Source: Methanomicrobiales archaeon
GTDB taxonomy: Archaea; Halobacteriota; Methanomicrobia; Methanomicrobiales; JACTUA01
Direction: 5' to 3'
Assembly (NCBI GenBank): GCA_015660865.1
Contig: JACTUA010000002.1
Coordinates: forward strand, 60,548 to 124,547
DNA length: 64,000 bases
Shown here: positions 27,619 through 38,134 of the stretch, one piece after another
Layout: each line of letters begins with the position of its first letter
Position numbering within the stretch: position 1 is the stretch's first letter
The notes under the pieces: model-generated
Told to the model about the DNA's origin: nothing
What the model saw: only the letters and a program-made list of their open reading frames with translations
Database searches by the model: none
Position numbers and translations under genes: made by a program

Positions 27619-28989
27619 TCAGCCCTCGCCGCGGAGCATCCGGTTCATGGCCTTCACCGCGGTCTTCGCCGCACCCATGGAGAGGATGACGGTTGCTGCG
27701 CCGGTCGCCACATCCCCGCCCGCAAAGACGTGGGGGAGAGAGGTCCTGCCCTCACCGTCGACCACCACGTTCCCGAGCCTCCCGCACTCGAGTCCCTCGA
27801 GGCAGCGGGGGAGGAGGGGGTTGGGGGATGTGCCGATGGCCACGATGAAGACATCGGCATCCACGACGAACCCGCTCCCTTCGACAGGTTCGAACCAGGT
27901 CCTTCCATCCTGCTCCTCGCCGCAGATCTGCATCCGGACGCACTCCACCCCCTCCACCCGGTCCTTCCCGAGGACCCTCGCCGGGTTCGCGCAGGTGAGG
28001 AACTCCACCCCCTCTTCCTTTGCATGGAGGATCTCGGCCCGCCGTGCAGGCATCTCCTCCTCCCTGCGGCGGTAGATGAGGGTGGCCCTCGCCCCGAGCC
28101 TCCGGGCCACCCGGGCGGCATCCATGGCGACGTTCCCCCCGCCAACCACGGCGACGTGGCACCCGTGCCTGACCGGGGTGTCGTACTCCGGGAACCGGTC
28201 GGCGTGCATGAGGTTCACCCTGGTGAGGAACTCGTTTGCCGAGTAGACCCCGTTCAGGTGCTCCCCGGGGATTCCCATGAAGAAGGGGAGGCCTGCACCG
28301 GTCGCGACATAGACCGCATCGTAGGAGAGGAGGTCACGGATGGGGACGCTCTTCCCCACGAGGTGGTTCAGCCGCAGGTCCACGCCGAGGGAGAGGACAG
28401 CCCCGATCTCGGCCTGTACCACATCCCTGGGGAGCCGGAACGGGGGAATGCCGTACGTGAGAACCCCCCCTGCCTCGTGGAGGGACTCATAGAGGGTGAC
28501 GGCATGGCCCGAACGGGCGAGCTCGGCAGCCGCCGTCAGTCCCGAGGGACCGGACCCGACGACGGCGACGCGCTTTCCCGACGGCAGGGCGACAGGGGGG
28601 AGCTCCACGCCGTTCTCCCGTTCCCAGTCGGCCACGAACCGCTCGATCTTCCCGATGGCGAGGGGCCGGTCCTTCACCCCGAGGACGCAGACCCCCTCGC
28701 ACTGGATCTCCTGGGGGCAGACCCTCCCGCAGACCGCGGGGAGCATATTCTCGGCCTTCAGGATCCTCGCGGCAGACCTGAAGTCGCCCCCGGCAACCGC
28801 CCGGATGAACGCAGGGATATCGATAGAGACCGGGCACCCCTCCACGCACCCGGGCTTCTTGCACGCGAGGCATCGCCCTGCCTCCTCCACGGCCTCATCA
28901 GGCGAGAAGCCGGGCTCGGCCTCACCGAAGTTCCCTTCGAGATCCCCTTCCCCGCAGCCTGCCACCCCCCTCACCTTCCTGCCCCGCAC
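27619..28989 (-). CDS. nfnB: NADH-dependent ferredoxin:NADP oxidoreductase large subunit (NfnB / SudA, GltD-like)
   Basis: 456-aa ORF with N-terminal Fe-S Cys motifs (CLACKKPGCVEGCP, CGRVCPQEIQCEGVC) and two dinucleotide folds (VAVVGSGPSG, VAVVGGGNVAMD). Confidence 0.8.
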   Translation of the reverse strand: MRGRKVRGVAGCGEGDLEGNFGEAEPGFSPDEAVEEAGRCLACKKPGCVEGCPVSIDIPAFIRAVAGGDFRSAARILKAENMLPAVCGRVCPQEIQCEGVCVLGVKDRPLAIGKIERFVADWERENGVELPPVALPSGKRVAVVGSGPSGLTAAAELARSGHAVTLYESLHEAGGVLTYGIPPFRLPRDVVQAEIGAVLSLGVDLRLNHLVGKSVPIRDLLSYDAVYVATGAGLPFFMGIPGEHLNGVYSANEFLTRVNLMHADRFPEYDTPVRHGCHVAVVGGGNVAMDAARVARRLGARATLIYRRREEEMPARRAEILHAKEEGVEFLTCANPARVLGKDRVEGVECVRMQICGEEQDGRTWFEPVEGSGFVVDADVFIVAIGTSPNPLLPRCLEGLECGRLGNVVVDGEGRTSLPHVFAGGDVATGAATVILSMGAAKTAVKAMNRMLRGEG

Positions 28990-29804
28990 TGCCCGTGATG
29001 GAGGTGCTCCATCGCCTCCTTCTCCTCATCGACATACATCCGCAGCCTGGTCAAGAGCCCGTCGAAGTCCACCTGGTGGGCATCGAACTCGGGGCCGTCC
29101 ACGCACGCGAACCGCGTCTTCCCCCCCACATTCACCCGGCAGGACCCGCACATCCCTGTACCGTCGACCATGATAGGGTTCAGGGAGACGAAGGTCCGGA
29201 TGCCCAGCGGCCTCGTTACCTCGGATGTGACCTTCATCATGATGGCCGGACCGATGATCCAGGCTGCGTCCAGGTGCTCCCTGGCGACAACCGCCCGAAG
29301 GAGGTCAGCCGCAAATCCCTTCTGCCCCTTTGTCCCGTCATCGGTCGCGACAAATGTCTCGTCGCAGGCCCCCCGCATCTCGTCCTCGAGGATGAGGAAG
29401 GGTGCCGAGCGGGCGCCCAGGATCCCGATGACCCGGTTCCCCTTCCCGCGGAGTGCCCTCGCGATGAAGGGCGCCCCTGCGATCCCCACTCCCCCGCCGA
29501 TCACCGCGCAGGTACCGTAGGTCTGCAGGGCGGTGGGCCTCCCCAGAGGGCCGACAATATCCCGTATCTCCCCGCCCTCCGGGATCATCGAGAGCCGGCC
29601 GGTGGTCTTCCCCACGGTCATGAAGATCACCCGCACCAGGTCCCCTTTCACCGCCGAGATGGTGAGGGGGATGCGTTCGCCCTGCTCGTCGATCCGGAGG
29701 ACAAGGAACTGGCCTGCCTCCGCATTCCTCGCGACATGCGGGGCATGGATCCAGAGCTGAAAGACCCGCTCCGAGAGAGAGAGAACCTCCTCCACCCTGT
29801 ACAA
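28971..29804 (-). CDS. nfnA: ferredoxin:NADP oxidoreductase small subunit (NfnA / SudB, PyrK-like FAD/NAD and 2Fe-2S)
   Basis: 277-aa ORF with FAD-binding RIPLTI, NAD-binding GGGVGIA and a C-terminal Cys cluster CGSCRV...C. It overlaps nfnB by 19 nt. Confidence 0.8.
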   Translation of the reverse strand: MYRVEEVLSLSERVFQLWIHAPHVARNAEAGQFLVLRIDEQGERIPLTISAVKGDLVRVIFMTVGKTTGRLSMIPEGGEIRDIVGPLGRPTALQTYGTCAVIGGGVGIAGAPFIARALRGKGNRVIGILGARSAPFLILEDEMRGACDETFVATDDGTKGQKGFAADLLRAVVAREHLDAAWIIGPAIMMKVTSEVTRPLGIRTFVSLNPIMVDGTGMCGSCRVNVGGKTRFACVDGPEFDAHQVDFDGLLTRLRMYVDEEKEAMEHLHHGQCGAGR

Positions 29805-29854
29805 ACCTGATCACTCCGGAGTAATCCGGAAGCTGCCTGTCTACAGGGTTGCAC

Positions 29855-31486
29855 CTAATCGCTCTTTATCTTACGCACCCTCACCGCCACGCCGTGGCGG
29901 GAGCGGAGCATCTCGGGCCCGCCCATGGCAGCCCGGCCGGTGGCAGAGAGTCCTTCTCCCAGGACCAGGACCTCGTCCCCCTCGCGGATCCCCTCGTCCA
30001 CCGAGGTGACCCCGGGGGCGAGGATATCCCCTTTCGGGGTGAAGGCATCGATCCCGACACGGTAACCCCCGGAGATGAGAGCCCAGCCCTGGAAGGTGGG
30101 CCTGAGGAGGCCGGTCCTCGCATCGATGGTGAAGAGGATCCTCCCGCCCTTCTCCACCCTCTCCTGGGGGGGCCTTCCCCGGATGACCATGCCGCGGGTC
30201 TCCACCGTGACCCCGAACTGCCAGGCAAGCACGCCCCGCACCATGTCGGTGGGCCGCCTCCTCTCTCCGTCCAGGGCCGAATCAAGGGCCGCGAGGGAGG
30301 CGGGGTCTGTCGGGTGGGTTTCAGCGGTCACCTCGAGGGGGATCCCGCAGGCATCCGCTGCCACCCGCGCTGCCTGGAGGGCACCCCCGTCCAGGTGGGC
30401 GAGGACCCTCCGGTACTGATGCCGCCCGAGGTATCCGGAGATGACCGACGAGATGAGGGCGAGTTCCTCACGGTCCCAGTGACCGGTCACGGGAATATCG
30501 TAATGGGCTGCCGGATATACCCGTTCCAGCTCCCGGGGGACGAGTCCCAGCGGGGAGGTGATAATGAGCTCGTGCGCCCGTCCCCTCACCGCCCTCGTGA
30601 ATTTGTGGTGGGAGAGCGAGGTTGAGTATGGCTTCCGGGCCGAGCAGGGGAGGAGGACCGCCACCTCATGGATGGGGGATGGTGATCGCTCTCTGACCCG
30701 CTTTCCCCAGCGGGTCACCTCGATCCTCCTGAGAGATTCGGAGGTGGTGGCCATGAAGGGAATCGATCGGGCGACGGGAGTAAACGGCTCCAGGAGCGCC
30801 TCCTCCCGGTCCAGGAGCCTCATGATCGCGACCTGGTGGGGGTCTGACCTGCACCGCGCCTCGACCAGGTCACGGAGCCTCGATTCGATGATGAACCTCC
30901 CGATGAGGGCCAGCTCCCGTTCCAGCGCCAGCCGGTTGTGGCGTCCGGTATCACCGCTCACACACCCCTCACAAGTGCAGACCCCGGAGGCAGCAAGGTC
31001 CTCCGGGAATGTCCCCTCGGCGAGGCAGAAGGATCCCCTCGCGGTCTCCAGGTCCACCGCCCGGTGATCAAAGAGGTCGAATCCCGCGTACGCGAGGAGG
31101 GCGACGTTGGAGGGGAGGGCAGATGCAGGGGCGTACCATGCAGTATCAGGAGGGATTCGCCCCTTCAGGGCGGCGAGGTAGCTGACGAAGTCGGGGGGCC
31201 GGGCGAGGATGGTGTGCCAGTTCGCCACGACGACGAGATCCCCGGAGGTCACCGGCTCCTTCCCGAGGGGATGAACCACCACGGGGCTCCCCTCACCGGA
31301 ACGTCGGTACCGGGAGACGAAACCCGCACTGGCAGAGAGAGGAACATTTGTCACTGTCTCCCTGTCAAGGGCGGGGAAGAAAGCCGGTATATCGATGATC
31401 CCCGGGGTGCGCACTCCCAGGTCGCCGTGAGAGTAGATCCCTTCACGGGCGAGGCAGTCCCTTCGGCGGATATCAAAGAGGCTCAA
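29855..31486 (-). CDS. arcS: archaeosine synthase ArcS (TGT-like, C-terminal PUA domain)
   Basis: 543-aa ORF with a TGT-related N-domain and a PUA-like C-terminus ([19 protein letters not shown]...VAVRVRKI). It overlaps the tgtA stop by 14 nt. Confidence 0.7.
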   Translation of the reverse strand: MSLFDIRRRDCLAREGIYSHGDLGVRTPGIIDIPAFFPALDRETVTNVPLSASAGFVSRYRRSGEGSPVVVHPLGKEPVTSGDLVVVANWHTILARPPDFVSYLAALKGRIPPDTAWYAPASALPSNVALLAYAGFDLFDHRAVDLETARGSFCLAEGTFPEDLAASGVCTCEGCVSGDTGRHNRLALERELALIGRFIIESRLRDLVEARCRSDPHQVAIMRLLDREEALLEPFTPVARSIPFMATTSESLRRIEVTRWGKRVRERSPSPIHEVAVLLPCSARKPYSTSLSHHKFTRAVRGRAHELIITSPLGLVPRELERVYPAAHYDIPVTGHWDREELALISSVISGYLGRHQYRRVLAHLDGGALQAARVAADACGIPLEVTAETHPTDPASLAALDSALDGERRRPTDMVRGVLAWQFGVTVETRGMVIRGRPPQERVEKGGRILFTIDARTGLLRPTFQGWALISGGYRVGIDAFTPKGDILAPGVTSVDEGIREGDEVLVLGEGLSATGRAAMGGPEMLRSRHGVAVRVRKIKSD

Positions 31487-32924
31487 CCTGCACCTCTGCC
31501 CTGGGCAGCTCTCCTCTCACCAGGTCTGCCCACTCTGGCTGGCAGAGAATGGTCAGGTGAACTATTCCATGCTCCTCCATGATGGCCCGGATGCCGGCGC
31601 ACCCGCGGGCGACCATCTCGCTATCCCAGGATGGGATCTCGGACTGCCCGATGGGGAAGGTCTCCGAGAGTTCGGGCGGGTACGGGCCGAACGGGGGTTT
31701 GAAGAAGAAGACCGTGTCATACCCGGGAGGGACCCTTCCCGTGAAGGTGACAAGGACCGGGTTCCCGACCGGGATCCGCCGGATGAGGCGGTGGTGCCGG
31801 TACACCTCGGTGCGCAGGCAGCTCTCGCTCCCCCGGTAAAAGAACCGGCGCTTGGAGGCACGGTCCATCGCCTCAAGGGACTCCGCATGCCCGAGAAGGT
31901 CGCGGTAGCCGTCGAGGAGTCTCGGGTGACCCCGGCACCGCTCGTCCACGAGTTCCCAGAGGGTTCCTTCCCGGATGGCCTCCCGGATCCGGGCCATCTC
32001 GAGGAGGGTGATGGCGAGGTTGTGCCGTGCGAGGTGGGCTTCCCTGTCGGGATCCTCCCTGAGATCCTCTGCCGAACGGCCCCGGCAGGTATCGCACGGG
32101 CAGGCGAGCTCGGTGATCTCGTCGAGATGGAAGGATCCCGAGGTGGTGAGATACCGCCCGTCCCTCGCAAAGAGGGCATAGGCCGCCGAGTCGAAGACAT
32201 CGCAGCCCATCGCGACCGCGAGGGCGAGCATCGACGGGTGCCCGGCCCCGAAGAGGTGGACGCATGCCGACGGCGAGAGGCCGCGCTTTGCCGCAAGGAC
32301 CACCTCGACCAGTTCCCGGTACCGGTACGCCTCCATGAAGGGCACCACCCCTCCGATGGGGCAGAAGCTGAAGCCCATGCCCGATACGGCTCCCCCGGCC
32401 TGCTCTCTCAAATCGGGGTACTTCCCTCCCTGGACCGGCGCCGCGAGGTTATCCATGCCAACGATCTCCACGGATTCCTGGATCCTGGCCATCGTGATGG
32501 AGAGATCCGATTCCGCCCTTGTCCGGTCGACCTGGGGAGGGGTTGCGATGTCCAGGGGCACCAGGATATCGCTCCCGATGGATCTCTGGAACTCGAGGGT
32601 CTCCCGGTTCGTGATCCCGACGTCGCCGTACACCGACTGCTGGAAGGCCCCCGAGTCGGTCATGATGACCCCGTCGAACCCGAGGACCCTGTGCAGCCCT
32701 TTTTCCATGGCCGCTTCCCTGAACCGTTCACTCGTTGCGAAGATGTAGGCATTCGTGATGATGGCCCCGGCTCCCATTGCCTGGATCTCGGCCGGCGGGA
32801 TGAGAGGAAGGTGGGGGTTCACCACGGGAAAGAGGGCCGGGGTCTGGACGGTCTTCCCCCCGACGTGGAGCCTCCCCAGGCGTCCGGCGATGTCCTTCTC
32901 GAGGAGCTCAAACCGTATGGCCAT
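31473..32924 (-). CDS. tgtA: archaeosine tRNA-guanine(15) transglycosylase
   Basis: Start at [11 protein letters not shown]. Typical TGT motifs are present ([25 protein letters not shown], zinc site CPCDTC). The ATG overlaps the AMMECR1 stop (ATGA). Confidence 0.9.
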   Translation of the reverse strand: MAIRFELLEKDIAGRLGRLHVGGKTVQTPALFPVVNPHLPLIPPAEIQAMGAGAIITNAYIFATSERFREAAMEKGLHRVLGFDGVIMTDSGAFQQSVYGDVGITNRETLEFQRSIGSDILVPLDIATPPQVDRTRAESDLSITMARIQESVEIVGMDNLAAPVQGGKYPDLREQAGGAVSGMGFSFCPIGGVVPFMEAYRYRELVEVVLAAKRGLSPSACVHLFGAGHPSMLALAVAMGCDVFDSAAYALFARDGRYLTTSGSFHLDEITELACPCDTCRGRSAEDLREDPDREAHLARHNLAITLLEMARIREAIREGTLWELVDERCRGHPRLLDGYRDLLGHAESLEAMDRASKRRFFYRGSESCLRTEVYRHHRLIRRIPVGNPVLVTFTGRVPPGYDTVFFFKPPFGPYPPELSETFPIGQSEIPSWDSEMVARGCAGIRAIMEEHGIVHLTILCQPEWADLVRGELPRAEVQVEPL

Positions 32925-33490
32925 CAGACCTCTTCCTCGTGGAAGATCTGCCCCTCGAAGGTGAGGACCTCCACCCCGGGCGACTTCCAGGACCCGGGGG
33001 GAAGCCCGGCCTTGAGGCACGTGTGGTCCAGGAACTCACCGGCAGACCAGCAGTACTCCGTCGCTACCTGAGGAAGGAGGAGGCCGCTCCGGCCATACCC
33101 CTGGGCAATGAGGCCATGGGTCCCGACCCGGACGCAGGCTTCTCTCTCTTTCGGGAGCCCGCCGAGAGATGCCGGCACCGAGAGGACGGTGACCTCCACG
33201 CGGATCTTCGGGAGTTCGCCCGGCTCGACGGGAGGGAACCGGGGATCCTGGAGCGCCGCCGAGGCAGCCGCCTCGCGGATCGCCTGGCCGAGAGGCATAA
33301 CCGGGTAGGGGAGGCCGATGCACCCCCTGAGCTCACCTCCCTCGGTCAGGGTAACGAAAACCCCCCTCTTCTCGCCGAAGACCGGGGGCAGGGACGGCAG
33401 GCAGAACCTCTCGTTCCTGACCGCAGCCCCGAGGGCCTCCCGGGCGAGCGCGACCGCGGCCGCCCCTTCCCCTTCTGAGAGAACCTTCAT
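32924..33490 (-). CDS. AMMECR1-domain protein
   Basis: 188-aa ORF with the hallmark GVFVTL...LRGCIG motif. Confidence 0.8.
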   Translation of the reverse strand: MKVLSEGEGAAAVALAREALGAAVRNERFCLPSLPPVFGEKRGVFVTLTEGGELRGCIGLPYPVMPLGQAIREAAASAALQDPRFPPVEPGELPKIRVEVTVLSVPASLGGLPKEREACVRVGTHGLIAQGYGRSGLLLPQVATEYCWSAGEFLDHTCLKAGLPPGSWKSPGVEVLTFEGQIFHEEEV

Positions 33491-33523
33491 GAGACATAAA
33501 TAAAGGGTGCATCCATATTAATA

Positions 33524-33828
33524 GGAGAGGGAGAGGGCGGCTGACGGTGGCTCCCATGGAGCCGCTGAGGAAAGTCCCCCCACCGATCAGGCTCGCAGCT
33601 GCACCCACGTGCAGGTGGCGAGAGCCACGGCAATGACACAGAAACGGCACGGCCCGCCGCCAGCGATGATGCGACGATTTCGTTGAGCGTATCGGCGGGA
33701 AGCGTTGAAACGGTGAACCCCTGCGGGTGCAAGCCAGAAACGGGCGATGGGCTGCCTGGTGCCCGCCCAGGTTTGGCGCAGAGCTGAATGCCGCCATGAA
33801 CAGAAGGGGGCTTACTCCTCCCACTCAC
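33524..33828 (+). ncRNA. rnpB: RNase P RNA (archaeal type A); ends approximate
   Basis: CR-I GAGGAAAGTCC at 33567-33577 and a CR-V-like ACAGAAGGGGGCTTAC at 33800-33815. The P2 strands GGCGG (33536-33540) and CCGCC (33791-33795) pair, and there is a P3-like hairpin GGCTCC-CATG-GAGCC. The region holds only spurious ORFs. Confidence 0.85.
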
Positions 33829-33877
33829 CTTTGCATAATTCGCATGGGTTATATAGATCTGTTTCTCTATTACAGTT

Positions 33878-34432
33878 GTGCATATCCCCACCTCCGAGGA
33901 GATCCGGGCACGGAGGATGATGCTCGGCCTCACCCAGACCGATCTCGCCCGGAAGGCCGGGATCTCCCAGTCCATGATCGCACGGATCGAGTCGGGATCG
34001 GTCGATCCCCGGGTCTCGACCCTCTCGAGGATCGTGGCTGTCCTCTCGCAGAAGGAGGTGCCCCTCTACCGTGCGAAGGACGTGATGCACACGCCGGTCT
34101 ACACCGTCGGGTCAATGGACCCCGTCTCCCGGGCTGTGGAGATCATGGAGAAGAACGATATCTCCCAGGTCCCCGTCGTGGACAGGGGGGTCCCCGTCGG
34201 GTGCATCTCCGAGTCGGCGATCGTCTCCGCCCTCGAGGAGGGAGCCATGCACGGTTCGGGCAGCCGGCCTGTACGCGACTTCATGGAGCCGGGGTTCCCC
34301 ACCGTGCCCCTGGAGGCGGACGTCCGGGACGTGGTCCACCTCCTCAGGGAGAACCATGCAGTCCTGGTGGTGGACGGCGGCCGGGTGGCCGGCGTCATCA
34401 CCAAGCACGACCTCATCCCTCTCTTCTCGTGA
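33878..34432 (+). CDS. XRE-type HTH transcriptional regulator with tandem CBS domains
   Basis: GTG start. [26 protein letters not shown] is followed by a CBS pair ([26 protein letters not shown]). Confidence 0.75.
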   Translation: MHIPTSEEIRARRMMLGLTQTDLARKAGISQSMIARIESGSVDPRVSTLSRIVAVLSQKEVPLYRAKDVMHTPVYTVGSMDPVSRAVEIMEKNDISQVPVVDRGVPVGCISESAIVSALEEGAMHGSGSRPVRDFMEPGFPTVPLEADVRDVVHLLRENHAVLVVDGGRVAGVITKHDLIPLFS

Positions 34433-35102
34433 CGGTGACGAGGGAGACCAGGTCCCGGAGCACCTTCGCCGGATCCTCCGCCTTCACCACGCTCGATGCG
34501 AGGAGGACCCCGCTCGTCCCCAGCTCGAGGGCGATCCGAACACAGTCCCCCGTCTGGATACCGGCGCCCGTGAGGACCTTTACCTTCGGGTTCACCCTCC
34601 GGGCTGCCTCGACGGATCGGCGGATGATCTCAGGGTCGGCCTTGCAGACCGAGATCCCGCTCCCGATGAGCTCGGGTGGCTCGATGGCGACATAGTCCGG
34701 TTCAAGCGCTGCTGCCGCTGCGGTGGTGGGATCGTTATTCGTGCAGACCACCGTCTCGAGGTGTGCTGCACGCGCCGCCTTCACCCCCGCCTCGATCCCC
34801 GCGAGGGTGAGACGCCTCTCTGAGTGGTTGATGAGGGTCCCCACAGCCCCGGCATGCCGGACGGCTGCAGCCGTCACATGGCCGGTGAACGGCCCGGGTG
34901 CCACCCCGTCGATATGCTGGGCAAACACCGGTATCCGGAAATGGTGGGAGATGGGATGGATCTCGGTATAGACCGGCGCCATCCCGATCTGCACGCCGCT
35001 CTCCTCCATGACCGTCTCCGCGGCCTCGGCGATGAGCTGCCCGCGGTTCCCCATGCCCTCGGCAAAGGCCTTGCAGTTGATGAGGATAAAAGGTTCTGCC
35101 AT
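34413..35102 (-). CDS. tpiA: triosephosphate isomerase (archaeal short type)
   Basis: 229-aa ORF with [14 protein letters not shown] and [10 protein letters not shown], typical of archaeal TIM. Confidence 0.85.
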   Translation of the reverse strand: MAEPFILINCKAFAEGMGNRGQLIAEAAETVMEESGVQIGMAPVYTEIHPISHHFRIPVFAQHIDGVAPGPFTGHVTAAAVRHAGAVGTLINHSERRLTLAGIEAGVKAARAAHLETVVCTNNDPTTAAAAALEPDYVAIEPPELIGSGISVCKADPEIIRRSVEAARRVNPKVKVLTGAGIQTGDCVRIALELGTSGVLLASSVVKAEDPAKVLRDLVSLVTVTRREG

Positions 35103-35305
35103 AGTCGGATCCCCTGTAGATCACGGAACATCACGAACTATATAAAATAGTGAGATCACCTAAGTAATAGGGGCTTTCTCCGCCTTGGCGGAACAGGAAT
35201 GACGGGTTTTTTCCGTTCTTACCACAAAATGGCGTATTCTCCGAAAGAGGAGGCACTCCGTCTGTTGCCGCCAGGTGATACGATACTGGGAGAGGACTGG
35301 CTGCC

Positions 35306-37411
35306 ATGACACGGCAGAAGGAGGACGACGAGAAGTGGGCGATCTTCGGCGGGGGCAAGGATCCCGAGGAGCTCGTGAAGGACGGCATCGGGCTCTACAC
35401 CCTTGGGAAGTACACCGATGCCCTGGACCGGTTCAATGCCGCCCTTGAGATCGATCCCGCGTCTGCCACGGCCTGGGTCAACAAGGGGGGGACGCTGACC
35501 GTCCTCGGGAGATACGATGAAGCCCATGCTGCCTTCGAGCAGGCCCTCGTGCTGGACAGCGGGAATGCCCTTGTCCTCCGGAACAAGGGGATCACCGAGA
35601 TCTACCTGGGAAGGGTCGAGGATGCGATCCGCTCCTTTGACCTGGCGCTCGGGATCGATCCCCATGACATCACGGCACTCCTCAACCGCGGCATCGCACT
35701 CGTGAAGATGGGCAGGCACGAGGATGGGATCGAGTGTTTTGACAGGGTCCTCGACCTGGACCTGCGGAACACCATCGCATGGGTCCAGAAGGGGAAGACC
35801 TTCGCCATCATGGGGAGGACGAGGGAGGCCATCGAGCTCTTCGAGAAGTCCCTCGCCCTCAACCCGAAGGACCCGGAGGCCTGGCTCCACAAGGGGCTCG
35901 CCCTCGCAGGCATGGACCAGAGGGACCAGGCCCTGGCCGCCTATGAAAGGGCCCTCGAACTCTCCCCCCATCTGCTCCCGGCCATCACGAGCAAGGGGAT
36001 CCTCCTCATCAAGAAAGGGGACTACGAGGGGACGGTGAAGGTCATGGACCAGGCGATCGCGCTCGACAGCAGCGATACAAACGCGTGGTTCGGGAGGGGC
36101 GTGGCCCTGAAGATCCTCGGGAGGTACGACGAGGCACTCGCGAGCTTCGACAGGGCGCTTGCCATCAACCCGAAGGATGCCTCGGTTTTCCAGGGGAGAG
36201 GCGACATCTATGTCCTCGCCGGGCAGTACAAGGAGGCCCTGGAGGCGTACCTGAAGGCCAAGGAGCTGGACCCGTCCCTGGCAGGGCCCCTGGAGGGGGC
36301 CATCGAGCGGTGTATCGCCTTTGTCCAGTTCAACCTCAACCAGTGGCGGGACCAGGGGCTCTTCCTCCTCTCCCAGGACGAGCCCGTAGAGGCCATCCGC
36401 TTCTTCAACCGGGTCCTCGACGTGGAACCGGAGCAGACCGAGGTGCTTCTCAGGAAGAGCGAGGCGCTGGTGGCCCTGGGGAGGCACGAGGAGGCGCTCG
36501 CAAGCCTGGACCGGCTGGTGCAGCTCAGCCCCAGGGATACCGCCGCCTGGCTGAAGCGGAGCGAGGTCCTCATCCAGCTGGGGAGGCCGGAGGAGGCAGC
36601 CGTCTCGCTCGACGGAGTGATCCGGGAACACCCGGAGATAAAGGACGAGCGGGCGATGGAAGCTTACATCCGGTCCGGAGACGCCATGACCGGAAAAGGG
36701 AACTACACGGGATCCCTCTCAAGTTACGAGAGCGCTCTCTCCATAGCGCCGGCAAACCCCTCAGCACTCGTGGGGAAGGGGCGGGCCCTTGCCATGCTCG
36801 ACCGGCCGGTCGAGGCGGCCTCGATCTTTGACAGGGCCCTCCAGCTCGAGCCAGGGAACATGGAGATCTGGGTCAGGAAGGGGATCGTGCTCGACATGAT
36901 GGGCCGCTATGACGAGGCCATCAGCTGCTACGAGCAGGCCCTCGCCCTCAAGCCGCATGACGTGAATGCCTGGTTCAACCTGGGGATCACCCTCCTCAAC
37001 AAGAGCGAGTTCGAGGAGGCTGTCAAGGCCTTCGACCAGGCCCTGGAGTCCGATCCCAGGAACGCCGAGGCGTACTACAACCGGGGCGTAGCGCTCCTTG
37101 GCCTGAAGAAGTACGAGAAGTCCCTCATGTCCTTCAACAAGGCGGTGGAGATCGATGACACGGTCCCCGAGTTCTGGCACAGCAAGGGATGCGTCCATGG
37201 GATCCTCAGGGACTTCAACGAGGCCATGCGGGATATCGACAAGGCCCTCTCACTCAACCCGAAGTTCGCTATGGCCTGGAGGTCGAGGGGGCTCTTCCTC
37301 CAGTTCCTCGGGAAGCTCGATGAGGCGGTGACCTCATACGAGCGGTCCCTTGCCATCGAGTTCGACCCCGATACAGCGAAGGCGAAGGACTCCATCAGGG
37401 AGAAGATATAA
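35306..37411 (+). CDS. tetratricopeptide (TPR) repeat protein
   Basis: 701-aa ORF made almost entirely of 34-aa repeats (W..KG..L...G.Y.EA...F..AL.L.P). Confidence 0.8.
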   Translation: MTRQKEDDEKWAIFGGGKDPEELVKDGIGLYTLGKYTDALDRFNAALEIDPASATAWVNKGGTLTVLGRYDEAHAAFEQALVLDSGNALVLRNKGITEIYLGRVEDAIRSFDLALGIDPHDITALLNRGIALVKMGRHEDGIECFDRVLDLDLRNTIAWVQKGKTFAIMGRTREAIELFEKSLALNPKDPEAWLHKGLALAGMDQRDQALAAYERALELSPHLLPAITSKGILLIKKGDYEGTVKVMDQAIALDSSDTNAWFGRGVALKILGRYDEALASFDRALAINPKDASVFQGRGDIYVLAGQYKEALEAYLKAKELDPSLAGPLEGAIERCIAFVQFNLNQWRDQGLFLLSQDEPVEAIRFFNRVLDVEPEQTEVLLRKSEALVALGRHEEALASLDRLVQLSPRDTAAWLKRSEVLIQLGRPEEAAVSLDGVIREHPEIKDERAMEAYIRSGDAMTGKGNYTGSLSSYESALSIAPANPSALVGKGRALAMLDRPVEAASIFDRALQLEPGNMEIWVRKGIVLDMMGRYDEAISCYEQALALKPHDVNAWFNLGITLLNKSEFEEAVKAFDQALESDPRNAEAYYNRGVALLGLKKYEKSLMSFNKAVEIDDTVPEFWHSKGCVHGILRDFNEAMRDIDKALSLNPKFAMAWRSRGLFLQFLGKLDEAVTSYERSLAIEFDPDTAKAKDSIREKI

Positions 37412-37433
37412 TTGTCCCTCCTGTTTTCGAGCG

Positions 37434-38030
37434 TCAGCGCTTCCAGATCATCTCAAGACTGTACTCGATGATCTCATCTGGCGATAGGCCTGTATTTTCG
37501 GAGGCGATAAGCGCAAGAATGCCGTTCAGGATCTGTAAAACCATCACGGTATAAAACCTGGGTGGCAAGTCCCGTAGGATCCCCTCACGGATGGCTGCAT
37601 CACTCACTTCGAGCAGCCACCTGATCTCATTATAGGCTTGATGCTTCACCTCATCGCCGATACTCGGGGAGTTGTAGAACTGTTCCATGAACCGGACTTT
37701 TTCAGGGTGAGCGACCCCCCACGCAATATACCCCCGGAGAAACTGTTCGAGCCTCTGCTTGGTCGGGAGGGACCTGTCGTCATTCTTCCGCATGCCTTCG
37801 GCGACCTCCTTCTGGATCGAGAGGTACAGCTGATCGATGAGGGTATTTTTATCCGGGAAGTAATGGAAGAGGGTCCCTGTTGAGACGCGTGCTTCTTTGC
37901 TGATCTGTGATGTCGGGGTCCCGTGAAATCCATGGGATGTGAAAAGACGGAGTGCAGCCTCAAGGATCCGCTCCCGGTTACCGCTTGCCCGATTGGTAGC
38001 CAGGGAGAGATCAGGTATCCCTTGACTCAT
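37434..38030 (-). CDS. TetR/AcrR-family transcriptional regulator
   Basis: The N-terminal HTH is ILEAALRLFTSHGFHGTPTSQISKEARVSTGTLFHYF. ATG 38030 was preferred because it follows GGAGGAG. An alternative ATG lies at 38045. Confidence 0.8.
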   Translation of the reverse strand: MSQGIPDLSLATNRASGNRERILEAALRLFTSHGFHGTPTSQISKEARVSTGTLFHYFPDKNTLIDQLYLSIQKEVAEGMRKNDDRSLPTKQRLEQFLRGYIAWGVAHPEKVRFMEQFYNSPSIGDEVKHQAYNEIRWLLEVSDAAIREGILRDLPPRFYTVMVLQILNGILALIASENTGLSPDEIIEYSLEMIWKR

Positions 38031-38069
38031 GGCTCTCCTCCCCATCCCCTGGCTTGAGATCTCAGATGC

Positions 38070-38109
38070 ATGAATAGATTCATCAATATAGACTGACTAG
38101 TCAATATAG
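38070..38109. promoter_or_regulatory. candidate TetR operator cluster in the divergent TetR/exporter intergenic region
   Basis: Read directly from the sequence. The elements are inverted repeat ATGAAT-AG-ATTCAT (38070-38083), direct repeat TCAATATAG (38083-38091 and 38101-38109) and palindrome GACTAGTC (38095-38102). Confidence 0.35.
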
Positions 38110-38134
38110 CATCTGGGATATTAAAGGCAGCTGC

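Noticed and set aside
27885-27902. GGTTCGAACC T-loop-like sequence as part of a tRNA
   Set aside because: It lies inside nfnB coding sequence, and no acceptor, D or anticodon arms can be folded around it.
26879-28998. 398-aa and 422-aa + strand ORFs over the asparaginase and nfnB genes
   Set aside because: They are antisense to genes with clear catalytic motifs (DTVGA, GSGPSG). Their translations are Pro/Arg/Gly-rich and contain no motifs.
31557-33071. 504-aa + strand ORF over tgtA
   Set aside because: It is antisense to tgtA, which has the TGT zinc and catalytic motifs. The ORF is low-complexity.
33487-33975. 162-aa and 163-aa minus-strand ORFs and the 322-aa + strand ORF (33727-34695) over the RNase P RNA region
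   Set aside because: The region carries the universal RNase P RNA motifs. The ORFs have no protein-like features, and the + strand ORF runs out of frame through the CBS regulator gene.
35219-36631. 470-aa ORF antisense to the TPR gene
   Set aside because: The sense strand shows regular 34-aa TPR periodicity. The antisense product has none.
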